A stretch of DNA of 64,000 nt from a virus (IMGVR_UViG_3300029533_000034), one strand, 5' to 3'; positions 37,680 through 46,219 are shown, counted from the first letter of the stretch. The notes: generated by a model not told the origin, from the letters alone. Translations and numbers: made by a program.

Positions 37680-37789
37680 ATTGATTTACAGCCGGGGCAA
37701 GAAAATGTACGCTACAAAGTCCTTTCGCACCTGTCTTTTCTGTGGTATACTAAAAGAATAAAAGATATATCCAAGGAGAAGGTTAAAGG

Positions 37790-38662
37790 ATGAGAAAAAG
37801 CATAAAAGATTTTGGAAATTTTGTGAGAAAAGATAATTACCCGGGACTTCCGGAAGAACTGAAAGAGTTTAACTATTTTTTGAGTGATGGGGAAACTGGT
37901 CATGTAATCATGGCTGTGCCGGAACACAAGTTGGAGAAGGCGGAAGAAAAAGGGGATAATCTGGATGACTATGAATGTCCGGTTCCGGTGGCATATGTTC
38001 TTAAGAATGGGTACCGGCTGTATAAGGACCATGTAATATGTCAGGTTCCGTACGATGAGAAACTGGGGATACGTATTCCGGAAGAATATTACGAACCATT
38101 GATCATTTCTACAGATGCCGGGAAAGCAGAGGAGCCGACATCCGGAGAGTTCCCTTATGAGAAAGGAAAATGCTATCCGGAATTTACAAACCATGCAGAA
38201 GCTGTAGTTGCGGACATCGTTAAGGATTACGTGCAGATTCGCGTATTTTTCAAAAATCCTACAGAAAACGAGATTGCACAGTTTTCTCCGGATTCCAGAC
38301 TGGAAATCCGTTTTACAGAGATGGATGGGACCGGTCTGTTTACCGTCAAAGCTGGCAATTTGTCATGGATGGACGCACCATACCATGCGAAACTTGCAAA
38401 AGATTTGTCAGGATTCAATTTTACAGCAAAAGGTGAAATCCCACTGTATCTCCTCCTGATCGACTCGTCGATTGGTGAAGTTAAAGCGGTTCGAAATGTC
38501 CATCTGTCAGAAGAGTTTTCGGGAAAGTTGAGAAATCTGGTGGATCGTCAGATTAACTCTGATTTTGATAGGAAGAAATATGCTGATATCCTGTCCAATA
38601 TTTACCTTCTATTCGGTTCAGATGAGCTGGCGGATGCCAGTACCATTAAGTGCCAGTGGTAG
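37790..38662 (+). CDS. hypothetical 290-aa protein sandwiched between CRISPR arrays 2 and 3
   Basis: AAGGAGAAGG RBS. Confidence 0.6.
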   Translation: MRKSIKDFGNFVRKDNYPGLPEELKEFNYFLSDGETGHVIMAVPEHKLEKAEEKGDNLDDYECPVPVAYVLKNGYRLYKDHVICQVPYDEKLGIRIPEEYYEPLIISTDAGKAEEPTSGEFPYEKGKCYPEFTNHAEAVVADIVKDYVQIRVFFKNPTENEIAQFSPDSRLEIRFTEMDGTGLFTVKAGNLSWMDAPYHAKLAKDLSGFNFTAKGEIPLYLLLIDSSIGEVKAVRNVHLSEEFSGKLRNLVDRQINSDFDRKKYADILSNIYLLFGSDELADASTIKCQW

Positions 38663-38682
38663 GTAAGAAGATATACTTTACT

Positions 38683-38903
38683 GTTGCGCCCCATTGGGTG
38701 CATGGGTTGAAATCTGAAACCGAATAGATTGGATAGGACAGGCTGAGGTTGCACCCCGCGAGGGGCGTATGGGTTGAAATAGTCCGGACAATCAAAAACG
38801 ATATCGAAGAGCTGTCGTTGCACCCTGCGAGGGGTGTATGGGTTGAAATTGCAGAAAGATCAGGATTGGAAGGTTGCATCCTATGGGATGCATGGATTGA
38901 AAC
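38683..38903 (+). CRISPR. CRISPR mini-array 3: 4 degenerate repeats, 3 spacers (34, 36 and an unusually short 23 nt)
   Basis: read directly from the sequence. Confidence 0.8.
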
Positions 38904-38939
38904 GAACATATTTGTTATTATTTATTATTGAGATCAGAA

Positions 38940-38978
38940 AGGTCTGCAGTCAGTTAATCTGGCTGCAGATTTTTTTTG
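38940..38978 (+). terminator. rho-independent terminator (tctgcagtcag...ctggctgcaga + T8)
   Basis: inverted repeat plus T-run. Confidence 0.5.
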
Positions 38979-39006
38979 CAATTTTTCAAAAATTTTCCAA
39001 AATCTT

Positions 39007-39045
39007 TTGACGATTTTTTAAAAGGCGCAATATACATATTGAAGG
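39007..39045 (+). promoter_or_regulatory. recurring phage promoter, copy 9, directly upstream of cas5c
   Basis: TTGACG...GGCGCAATATACAT. Confidence 0.55.
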
Positions 39046-39086
39046 GATAAACAGGGGCTTGCCGCTGTTGATTACCAGAGTTAAAA

Positions 39087-39114
39087 GTTGTGCCCCTATG
39101 GGGTGCATGGGTAA
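39087..39114 (+). repeat. degenerate CRISPR-repeat-like element in the cas5c 5' UTR (GTTGTGCCCCTATGGGGTGCATGGGTAA)
   Basis: the 5' 24 nt match the repeat consensus; the 3' handle has diverged. Confidence 0.35.
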
Positions 39115-39126
39115 TAAGAGAAAGGA

Positions 39127-39801
39127 ATGGAAAAAGAAAAAATGGGAGTGAAACTAAAAGTCTGGGGAGATTATGCATTGTTCACCAGACCGGAACTGAA
39201 AACAGAACGGTATACCTATGACGTGATGACTCCGTCGGCAGCTAGGGGGATTCTGGAATCCATCTACTGGCATCCGGGATTACGGTGGTACGTAGATAAA
39301 ATCCACGTATTAAATCCGATTGCCACTACAAGCGTAAGAAGGAATGAACTTCTCAGCAAGATACCGAAATCAAATATGTTACAGGCATATAACGGCGGCG
39401 ATGTCAAGCTGTATAATTCGTCAAGAGACGATATTATCCAGAGGGCATCCGTGATCCTCCGTGATGTCAGCTACGTGATTGAAGCACATTTTGAAATGAC
39501 GGACAAGGCAAGCCCGACGGACAGCCCGGCGAAGTTTATCAGCATCTTTAATAACAGGGCAAGAAAAGGGGCGTGCTATTCGATGCCGTATTTCGGGGTA
39601 AGGGAATTTCCGGCACACTTTGAACTCTATGAAGGTGATGAAAAGATCCCATCCTGTTATGAAAGACTTCCGGACAGGGATTTCGGGCTGATGCTTTATG
39701 ACCTGGATTATTCCTGCGGAAGAGATATCCAGCCAATGTATTACCATGCAGTTATGAAAAATGGCATCATTGATGTCGGGAACAGTGAGGTGTTTCGATG
39801 A
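39127..39801 (+). CDS. cas5: type I-C Cas5c (Cas5d) crRNA-processing subunit
   Basis: N-terminal region VWGDYALFTRPELKTERYTYDVMTPSAARGILESIYWHP matches the Cas5d family signature. Confidence 0.9.
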   Translation: MEKEKMGVKLKVWGDYALFTRPELKTERYTYDVMTPSAARGILESIYWHPGLRWYVDKIHVLNPIATTSVRRNELLSKIPKSNMLQAYNGGDVKLYNSSRDDIIQRASVILRDVSYVIEAHFEMTDKASPTDSPAKFISIFNNRARKGACYSMPYFGVREFPAHFELYEGDEKIPSCYERLPDRDFGLMLYDLDYSCGRDIQPMYYHAVMKNGIIDVGNSEVFR

Positions 39802-41537
39802 TCCTGCAGTCACTTGTAAAATTATATGAAACGCTTGCAGACCAGGGGAAAGTATCCCGTCCCGGCTGGTGCAATGCAAAGGTATCCTATGCAGTGGTGT
39901 TAAACCACGATGGGATAATCCAGGATATTGTTTCCGTAAAGCAGGAGATACAGAGAGGGAAAAAAACTGTTGAAATTCCGACAGTTATGCAGGTTCCAGA
40001 GATGGTCACCCGGGGTAACAACATTGCTTCCGGCTTTCTCTGCGAAAATGCAAAGTATCTCTTTGGAATTGATGAGAAGATGAACCCGCGTACGCTTGAC
40101 TGTTTTAAAGCAGCAAGGAAGAAACATCTTGATATCCTTGATGTCGTGGATGAGTCGGCAGCACAGGCAGTGTGCCGCTTTTTCCGTTCATGGGATCCGG
40201 AACAGGCACTGGATCACCCGGCAGTTGCGAAGCTTGCGGAAAAGTTTTATAAAGGCGGGAACCTCGTATTTGAGGTAGACGGCAAATATGTGCATGACAA
40301 TGAGGCCGTGCGCAGAGCATGGCTGGATTACAGCAGCGTACCATATGAAATGGTAACAGGAAGATGCCTGGTTACCGGGAAGAAAGCAGAGATTGCCCGC
40401 ACACATGGGAAGGTCAAAGGAGTGCCGGGAACACAGTCATCCGGTGCGGCGCTTGTATCCTTTAACGGCGCGTCCCTTGAGTCTTATGAGAAAACACAAA
40501 GTTATAACGCGCCGATCAGCACCTATGCGGCGTATGCATATGTGACAGCATTAAATTACCTGCTTTCCACGGACGGGTACCACAGCAAGGTAGGAGATTT
40601 CATGGTGGTCTTCTGGACGGATTCCGGGGATGTGGATGATGTAAGCAGACTGCGGAAGATGATGGGGAGCGCCAATGAAAAAGATCATGTCCTTGCAGAT
40701 CCGGATGAAAAACTGTACGTGCTCTGTCTTGCACCGAATGCCGGCAGAATTGCAGTCCGGTTCTTCTATGAAGATGCCATCGGAGTGATCTGGAAGAACC
40801 TGTTGGAACATGCCCGCCGGATGATGATCATAAAGCCGGCGTTTGAGGATCAGGAATTCATCAATATCTGGCAGATGCTTATGGAGACGGTAAACCAGAA
40901 CCTTACAGACAGGACCCCGGTTCCGCATATGGCTGCGATGACGTTACAGTCGGTCATTTCGGATACCAAGTATCCGCAGAGCCTGTATGCAGGAGTGCTG
41001 TCCCGCATCCGTGCCGAGCACAAAGGCGTTACTTACAGAAAAGCAGCGGTCATCAAGGCTTTTTTAATAAAGAACTATAAATGGGAGGAAGGGAAAAATA
41101 TGGAAGTATTAAACGAAGACTGCAGAGACCGTGCGTATATCCTCGGCAGGCTGTTTGCGGTAATGGAAAAGACACAGAAGGAAGCAATTGATAACATCAA
41201 CCAGACGATCTGTGACAAGTTTTACAATTCCGCATGCACAACGCCAGGATCGGTATTTCCGGTGCTGATCAGACTGTCCAACAGTCATTTAAGCAAGCTG
41301 AAACGCACAAAGCCGGGCAGAGGATATTATTTTGCGGCTAAGATCCAAAGTTTGATGGGTCTGATTCCGGTTACAGCGGATGATCCGGGGTTCCCGAAGC
41401 GTTTCACGTATGAGGATCAGGGCAAATTCGCACTTGGTTATTACCACCAGATGCAGGCAGAATATACAAGCAATAAGTCAAAAGACAGCGATCCTGAAAG
41501 CAACCAGACAAATGCAGAGAAGATGGAGGAAAACTAA
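39798..41537 (+). CDS. cas8c: type I-C Cas8c (Csd1) large subunit
   Basis: N-terminus MILQSLVKLYETLADQGKVSRPGWCNAKVSYAVVL matches Csd1; ATGA start/stop overlap with cas5. Confidence 0.9.
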   Translation: MILQSLVKLYETLADQGKVSRPGWCNAKVSYAVVLNHDGIIQDIVSVKQEIQRGKKTVEIPTVMQVPEMVTRGNNIASGFLCENAKYLFGIDEKMNPRTLDCFKAARKKHLDILDVVDESAAQAVCRFFRSWDPEQALDHPAVAKLAEKFYKGGNLVFEVDGKYVHDNEAVRRAWLDYSSVPYEMVTGRCLVTGKKAEIARTHGKVKGVPGTQSSGAALVSFNGASLESYEKTQSYNAPISTYAAYAYVTALNYLLSTDGYHSKVGDFMVVFWTDSGDVDDVSRLRKMMGSANEKDHVLADPDEKLYVLCLAPNAGRIAVRFFYEDAIGVIWKNLLEHARRMMIIKPAFEDQEFINIWQMLMETVNQNLTDRTPVPHMAAMTLQSVISDTKYPQSLYAGVLSRIRAEHKGVTYRKAAVIKAFLIKNYKWEEGKNMEVLNEDCRDRAYILGRLFAVMEKTQKEAIDNINQTICDKFYNSACTTPGSVFPVLIRLSNSHLSKLKRTKPGRGYYFAAKIQSLMGLIPVTADDPGFPKRFTYEDQGKFALGYYHQMQAEYTSNKSKDSDPESNQTNAEKMEEN

Positions 41538-41538
41538 T

Positions 41539-42450
41539 ATGAGCAAACCGATTCAGAACAAATATGATTTTGTAGTATTATTTGACGTAGAGAATGGAAA
41601 CCCAAACGGCGATCCGGATGCTGCAAACATGCCAAGGGTTGATCCAGAGACCGGCATCGGTCTTGTGACAGACGCCTGCTTAAAGCGAAAGATCCGCAAC
41701 TATGTGGAAACAGCAAAGGAAGATGCAGACGGTTTCAAGATCTACATCAAAGAGGGTATTCCGTTGAACCGCAGCGATCTTAAGGCAATCGAAAACCTTG
41801 GTGTTGATGTTGATGACAGTAAGAAGGCACTTGAGGATGTCAAGAAACTGAAAAAGACCGATGAGAACGTAGACCTTAAGCTCCGTGACTATATGTGCAG
41901 CAACTACTACGATATCCGTACGTTCGGTGCTGTTATGACCACTTTTACAAAGGCGGCATTAAACTGTGGGCAGGTACGCGGCCCGGTACAGATTGGCTTT
42001 GCAAAAAGTATTGATCCTGTTTTCAGCCAGGATATTACTGTAACCAGAGTTGCGATCACAACCGAAAAGGATGCCGAAAAGAAGAACACCGAGATGGGAA
42101 GAAAGAGCATTATCCCTTATGGTCTCTACCGCGTGGAAGGATATGTTTCTGCCAACCTTGCCCGCAAGACCACCGGTTTTTCCGAAGATGATCTGGATCT
42201 TCTCTGGAAAGCCATCATCAATATGTTTGAAAATGACCATTCTGCAGCACGCGGGAAGATGGCGGTACGTGAGCTGATTGTATTCAGGCATGACAGCGAA
42301 CTCGGCAACTGTCCTTCCTACAAGCTGTTTGAAGCAGTTGATGTCAAGAAGAACGATGATGTCGAGTTTCCTCGCAAATACTCTGATTACACCGTAAAGA
42401 TCCATGAGGATGCAATCCCGGGTGGTGTGACGATGACGCGCATGATTTAA
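41539..42450 (+). CDS. cas7: type I-C Cas7c (Csd2) backbone subunit
   Basis: N-terminus MSKPIQNKYDFVVLFDVENGNPNGDPDA is the Csd2 signature; the ORF-track start at 41380 is an in-frame upstream extension. Confidence 0.9.
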   Translation: MSKPIQNKYDFVVLFDVENGNPNGDPDAANMPRVDPETGIGLVTDACLKRKIRNYVETAKEDADGFKIYIKEGIPLNRSDLKAIENLGVDVDDSKKALEDVKKLKKTDENVDLKLRDYMCSNYYDIRTFGAVMTTFTKAALNCGQVRGPVQIGFAKSIDPVFSQDITVTRVAITTEKDAEKKNTEMGRKSIIPYGLYRVEGYVSANLARKTTGFSEDDLDLLWKAIINMFENDHSAARGKMAVRELIVFRHDSELGNCPSYKLFEAVDVKKNDDVEFPRKYSDYTVKIHEDAIPGGVTMTRMI

Positions 42451-42470
42451 AAGTGCTTCCGGCAGCCACA

Positions 42471-42497
42471 AAGCAGCCCGTTTTTTGAGGGCTGCAC
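42471..42497 (+). terminator. terminator hairpin (gcagcccg-TTTTTTGA-gggctgc)
   Basis: inverted repeat with internal T-run just after cas7. Confidence 0.45.
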
Positions 42498-42698
42498 CTG
42501 CCGGTTGTATTGGGATGCCTGGTCCAGGTGCGAACCGGAGACGTACGTAGTTTCCAGAGGAGGTTCGCACGGGGGTGAGAAGGCGAGATGTACAAGAGAG
42601 CGAGAATCCCAACCACGGGAGGCAGTTGTGGATGGGTTAATTAGGGAAATTGTTTAATATTTTGGCGGACAGGAAACAGGTTTCCGTTCGCGTTTACA

Positions 42699-43130
42699 GT
42701 GGCGCCCGTGGAGGGGCGCATGGGTTGAAACAAATTAAAATGAGGAACACCATATTTTTCACGTTGTACCCCCCCCAACGAGGGGGGTACAAGGGTTGAA
42801 ATTCCTGTGGCAAATCCATAAACAGCGCGAGTTGCACCCCACAAGGGGTGCAAGGGTTGAAATAGAAGTGTAATGTAAAATCTCCATGCTCTATTCAGTT
42901 GCACCCCACAAGGGGTGTATGGGTTGAAATATATAAAAATGATGAATATGTAAAAATAAAAGAGTTGCATCCCTTATGGGATGTATGGGTTGAAATCACT
43001 GCTGCCCTTTGTATCTTCTCCGTGGTAAAACGTTGCATCCCTTATGGGTGCATGGGTTGAAAAGATTGTGACAAATCCATATCTTCGGGGAAGGTAGTCG
43101 CGCCCGCGAGGGGGTATATGGATTAAGGAA
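42699..43130 (+). CRISPR. CRISPR mini-array 4: 7 degenerate repeats (31-40 nt, last one decayed), 6 spacers of 28-35 nt
   Basis: read directly from the sequence. Confidence 0.85.
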
Positions 43131-43194
43131 AATAAATTAGAAAAAATGAGTAATTGCTGAAGGATGATCTTCCGATTATTATCGAGGATGAGAC

Positions 43195-43340
43195 GGTCTG
43201 GATGTAGTCGTACAAAAGTTGTTCCGGAGTGTATGCCGACAGCATCGGGCAGGGCATGGTCCAGGAACTTGATCCGGACGGAAAGCCGAAGCTGTATACT
43301 GTGGATGTTAACGAGCTGATCCAAAAATTTCAAAAGTAAC
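43195..43340 (+). pseudogene. duplicated 3' fragment of the lipoprotein gene 22987-23373 (about 80% nt identity), no start codon
   Basis: direct alignment with 23228-23373. Confidence 0.5.
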
Positions 43341-43424
43341 TCGCTGTAAAAGCTGTCTCTTTCAGGGGCAGCTTTTTTGTATGTGGGAAAATTTTTAAAA
43401 AAATAAAAAAGTTTCCATAATCTT

Positions 43425-43463
43425 TTGACGATTTGGAAGATGGCGCAATATGTATATTGTAAT
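43425..43463 (+). promoter_or_regulatory. recurring phage promoter, copy 10
   Basis: TTGACG...GGCGCAATATGTAT. Confidence 0.5.
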
Positions 43464-43546
43464 GGATAAACATGGAGTTCTTTTAAATCTTAATTTAGTT
43501 AACTCAATGTTTAAAAACATTACAGTAACAGTAACGGAGGGAAAAT

Positions 43547-44269
43547 ATGAAGAAAAGAACAAAGTTAATAGGATTGATACTTTCTGCAGCACTTTTGACG
43601 GGTGCTTTTACAGGATGTTCCTATGAGGAGGAATATGTTCCAGTAGATACACAGACTGATGTTTTACAAAATACCGAAAACAGCAATGGAACTGTAAGTA
43701 TTCCAAACTTAACACAGAATCTTCCTGTAAATGGAGAAGATTTCTCATTGATATGTAAGTATGATACGGAAAAGTATTCTTTGAAAAACTGGCATGTTAC
43801 GGATGCAAAATCGATTAACATGAATGTACATACCAAAAATTTACCGGATGGGTATGATGTCATGGTGGAGCATATGCATGCAGACATCTCGCTTATAAGT
43901 ACATCTCCGCAGATCAACGGTATTACACAGGATTCCATGGATAATTCTTTCCACGGAAACACCCAGGACGGTTTTGTGATTGATAATAAAATAAGTTATT
44001 ACCGAACTTTTGCAATAGAAGGATACACGGATCAGTTTTACCATTTGTGGGGGTATGCATTTGGAAATTGCGGAACTATAAGCAGTACTTATCAACGTTT
44101 GACAGAACTCAATATTATTAAAGTTGGGACATATGCTGAACGCTTATCTGTTGTTTATGATCTTGCCATCAAGACTCCAGGCGATAAGAAATACCATTCC
44201 ACTTCTGTAAAGAGTGAGATTTTAATCCCCGTCAGCCAGAATGTCAAAACAAGAACCGTGGAATATTAG
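43547..44269 (+). CDS. lipoprotein (lipobox FTGC)
   Basis: GGAGGG RBS; signal peptide. Confidence 0.6.
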   Translation: MKKRTKLIGLILSAALLTGAFTGCSYEEEYVPVDTQTDVLQNTENSNGTVSIPNLTQNLPVNGEDFSLICKYDTEKYSLKNWHVTDAKSINMNVHTKNLPDGYDVMVEHMHADISLISTSPQINGITQDSMDNSFHGNTQDGFVIDNKISYYRTFAIEGYTDQFYHLWGYAFGNCGTISSTYQRLTELNIIKVGTYAERLSVVYDLAIKTPGDKKYHSTSVKSEILIPVSQNVKTRTVEY

Positions 44270-44280
44270 GAGGTCAGGTC

Positions 44281-44562
44281 TTGAGAATTTATATAAAGAA
44301 TAAAAATAACTTTGAAAATTTTTTGATTCTTATTTTTGCCATCATTTTTATAATTTTTTCAATTGTTATTTCTGCTATATATGGCACAGAGGGCCTTATG
44401 GCCATTATTGTACTTTTAACAATATGTTGTTTTGGAATAATTGCTGTTATGCTTATCATTTTGGCAATTTATGGCATAGTCATTCTTATAAAAAATACAT
44501 TTGGGATAAAATGTGACAGGTCAGAATGGAAAGATAAAAGTGGGAAAAAGAAGAAAAAATAA
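44281..44562 (+). CDS. small polytopic membrane protein (TTG start)
   Basis: AGGAGG RBS; very hydrophobic. Confidence 0.45.
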   Translation: MRIYIKNKNNFENFLILIFAIIFIIFSIVISAIYGTEGLMAIIVLLTICCFGIIAVMLIILAIYGIVILIKNTFGIKCDRSEWKDKSGKKKKK

Positions 44563-44702
44563 GAAAATTTCAAAATACGCAAATCGGACAGGGGTGGACC
44601 CAGTCGGTATATGCCTGTCCGACATACGGGGAACGTTTGATCAGTCCAGATATCTGTATTGAATGCGGTCAGCGAATTCGATGGTGGATCAAAAAAAAAT
44701 GA
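44562..44702 (+). pseudogene. degenerate paralog of the zinc-ribbon gene at 30103 (no start codon; second Cys of the first CxxC lost)
   Basis: in-frame alignment VYACPTYGERLISPDICIECGQRIRW versus VYACPSCGEHLFIPDICVACGQRIKW. Confidence 0.35.
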
Positions 44703-44716
44703 AGGATGGTGAAATA

Positions 44717-45133
44717 ATGTCAGCACATAAAAAGATACCCAAGAAAATCCGGCTTCTGGTGTATGAAAAATGCAACCACCGGTGTGCATACTGTGGATGT
44801 GAGCTGGAATACAAGGATATGCAGGTGGATCATGTTAAGTCTGTTTTTGCCAATACCGATGTCAGCCATACAATGACAGAAGAGGAAATGTATTCGGAAA
44901 AGAACTTACTTCCGGCATGCCGGCAGTGTAACTTTTATAAGTCATGTGATAACCTGGAGTCTTTCCGTGAAGCATTAACAAACACACTAATGAGAAACCT
45001 GCAGAAAACATTTCAGTATCGTCTGGCAATTAAGTATGGACTCATACAGGAACATATTGAGCCGGTGCAATTTTATTTTGAAAAAATTGGCATTAACATA
45101 GATGCCTCAGATTGCGGTCAAAAGGAGGAATAA
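44717..45133 (+). CDS. HNH endonuclease
   Basis: CAYCGC...DHVKS...N...CRQCN zinc/HNH motif. Confidence 0.7.
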   Translation: MSAHKKIPKKIRLLVYEKCNHRCAYCGCELEYKDMQVDHVKSVFANTDVSHTMTEEEMYSEKNLLPACRQCNFYKSCDNLESFREALTNTLMRNLQKTFQYRLAIKYGLIQEHIEPVQFYFEKIGINIDASDCGQKEE

Positions 45134-45268
45134 CATGGAAGATAGATATTTATTGCGGTCAGAAATTGGAAATGAAATTTAACTTTCTTTGGTGTGGAAG
45201 AGAATTAATTAAAGAAAATTTTGGTGGAGTTTTTAATGATAAGTCAGATACGAAAGAGAGGATAAATT

Positions 45269-45412
45269 ATGAAAAATAGTATCAATAATTGGTTCAAAAA
45301 GAATACTAAAGAAGAAGAAAAAATATTTAGACAAGGGTTACTTGCTTTTTTAATATTTATTATTGTAGTGATACTCTTAAAAGTATTTAGATTGGGAATT
45401 TTTTATGGGTAA
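45269..45412 (+). CDS. 47-aa membrane peptide
   Basis: AAAGAGAGGA RBS; under 60 aa so not in the ORF track. Confidence 0.35.
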   Translation: MKNSINNWFKKNTKEEEKIFRQGLLAFLIFIIVVILLKVFRLGIFYG

Positions 45413-45424
45413 AGGGAGAGAACA

Positions 45425-45619
45425 ATGAAAGTAATAACTGCAAGCACAATTGGAAATCTTATCTCAGCACACATAGAAGGGGATGAGAAAAAATTTCTCG
45501 CATATGCAAATTTTATTGCAGATGCATATGACGAAGCAGGAGAAGAGCGTAGTGCTAGAATTATTAGAAAAAGGATAGACGGTACATATAAAAATGAAGC
45601 ACAAGTTACTTTGGATTAG
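45425..45619 (+). CDS. small hypothetical protein
   Basis: AAGGGAGAGA RBS. Confidence 0.45.
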   Translation: MKVITASTIGNLISAHIEGDEKKFLAYANFIADAYDEAGEERSARIIRKRIDGTYKNEAQVTLD

Positions 45620-45880
45620 AACGATAAACTGACACTTCAGCCGGGCGATATCCTGTATGTCCGGGAAACATTTATTCAGGCGGCGGCACACAGTTTTTGG
45701 TACAAGGCTGACGATAAATCGTGGATGTCTCAAGGATTACTTTAGAAACCATCCATCCACATGCCGAAAGAAGCGGCTCGTATCTGCTGAAGGTTACGGA
45801 AGTGAGAGTAGAGTGATTGCAGGATATCACGGTGGATGGGTGTCACAGAGAGGAGAAGCCGGAAGGAGTGTGAACGATGT
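45620..45880 (+). pseudogene. frame-disrupted paralog fragment of the ASCH-like gene 48882-49508
   Basis: nt alignment of 45633-45800 with 49105-49270 (cagccgggcgatat...ccatccatccacatgccgaaagaagc...). Confidence 0.5.
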
Positions 45881-46194
45881 TAGAACTTACAGGAAAATGC
45901 TGTGATGCCATTACTGCAGTAGAATTTTTTGAATCGTTGGCAGAAATTATTCCAGAAGATAATAGAACGGACGATTTTTGCGACGAATATGAACAGGCAT
46001 TAAACCGATTTCGCTATGAAGCGGCAAAGGATATTGGGGCAAGAAAACGTATTGTGAAAGCGGCTTACAAGCACCATCACGATTTGATGTATTGCGGGAA
46101 ATGCGGCTTTTGTGCGAATGAACCAAGTTATACGTTTTGTCCTAACTGCGGAACAAGGTACATTCGAACGAAAAATGCCTGTTTAGAATTTTGA
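45877..46194 (+). CDS. hypothetical protein with C-terminal zinc ribbon
   Basis: GGAGTG RBS; CGKCG...CPNCG. Confidence 0.5.
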   Translation: MLELTGKCCDAITAVEFFESLAEIIPEDNRTDDFCDEYEQALNRFRYEAAKDIGARKRIVKAAYKHHHDLMYCGKCGFCANEPSYTFCPNCGTRYIRTKNACLEF

Positions 46195-46219
46195 AGCAAA
46201 TCGAAAGAGGGTGGAACGC

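Noticed and set aside
39007-43130. Interpretation of the cas locus as an ordinary host chromosomal CRISPR-Cas system
   Set aside because: Several observations argue against it. It is driven by the same promoter as 10 other units of the element. It is flanked by element genes on both sides. Related mini-arrays are scattered through the element. cas3, cas4, cas1 and cas2 are all missing at the expected adjacent positions.
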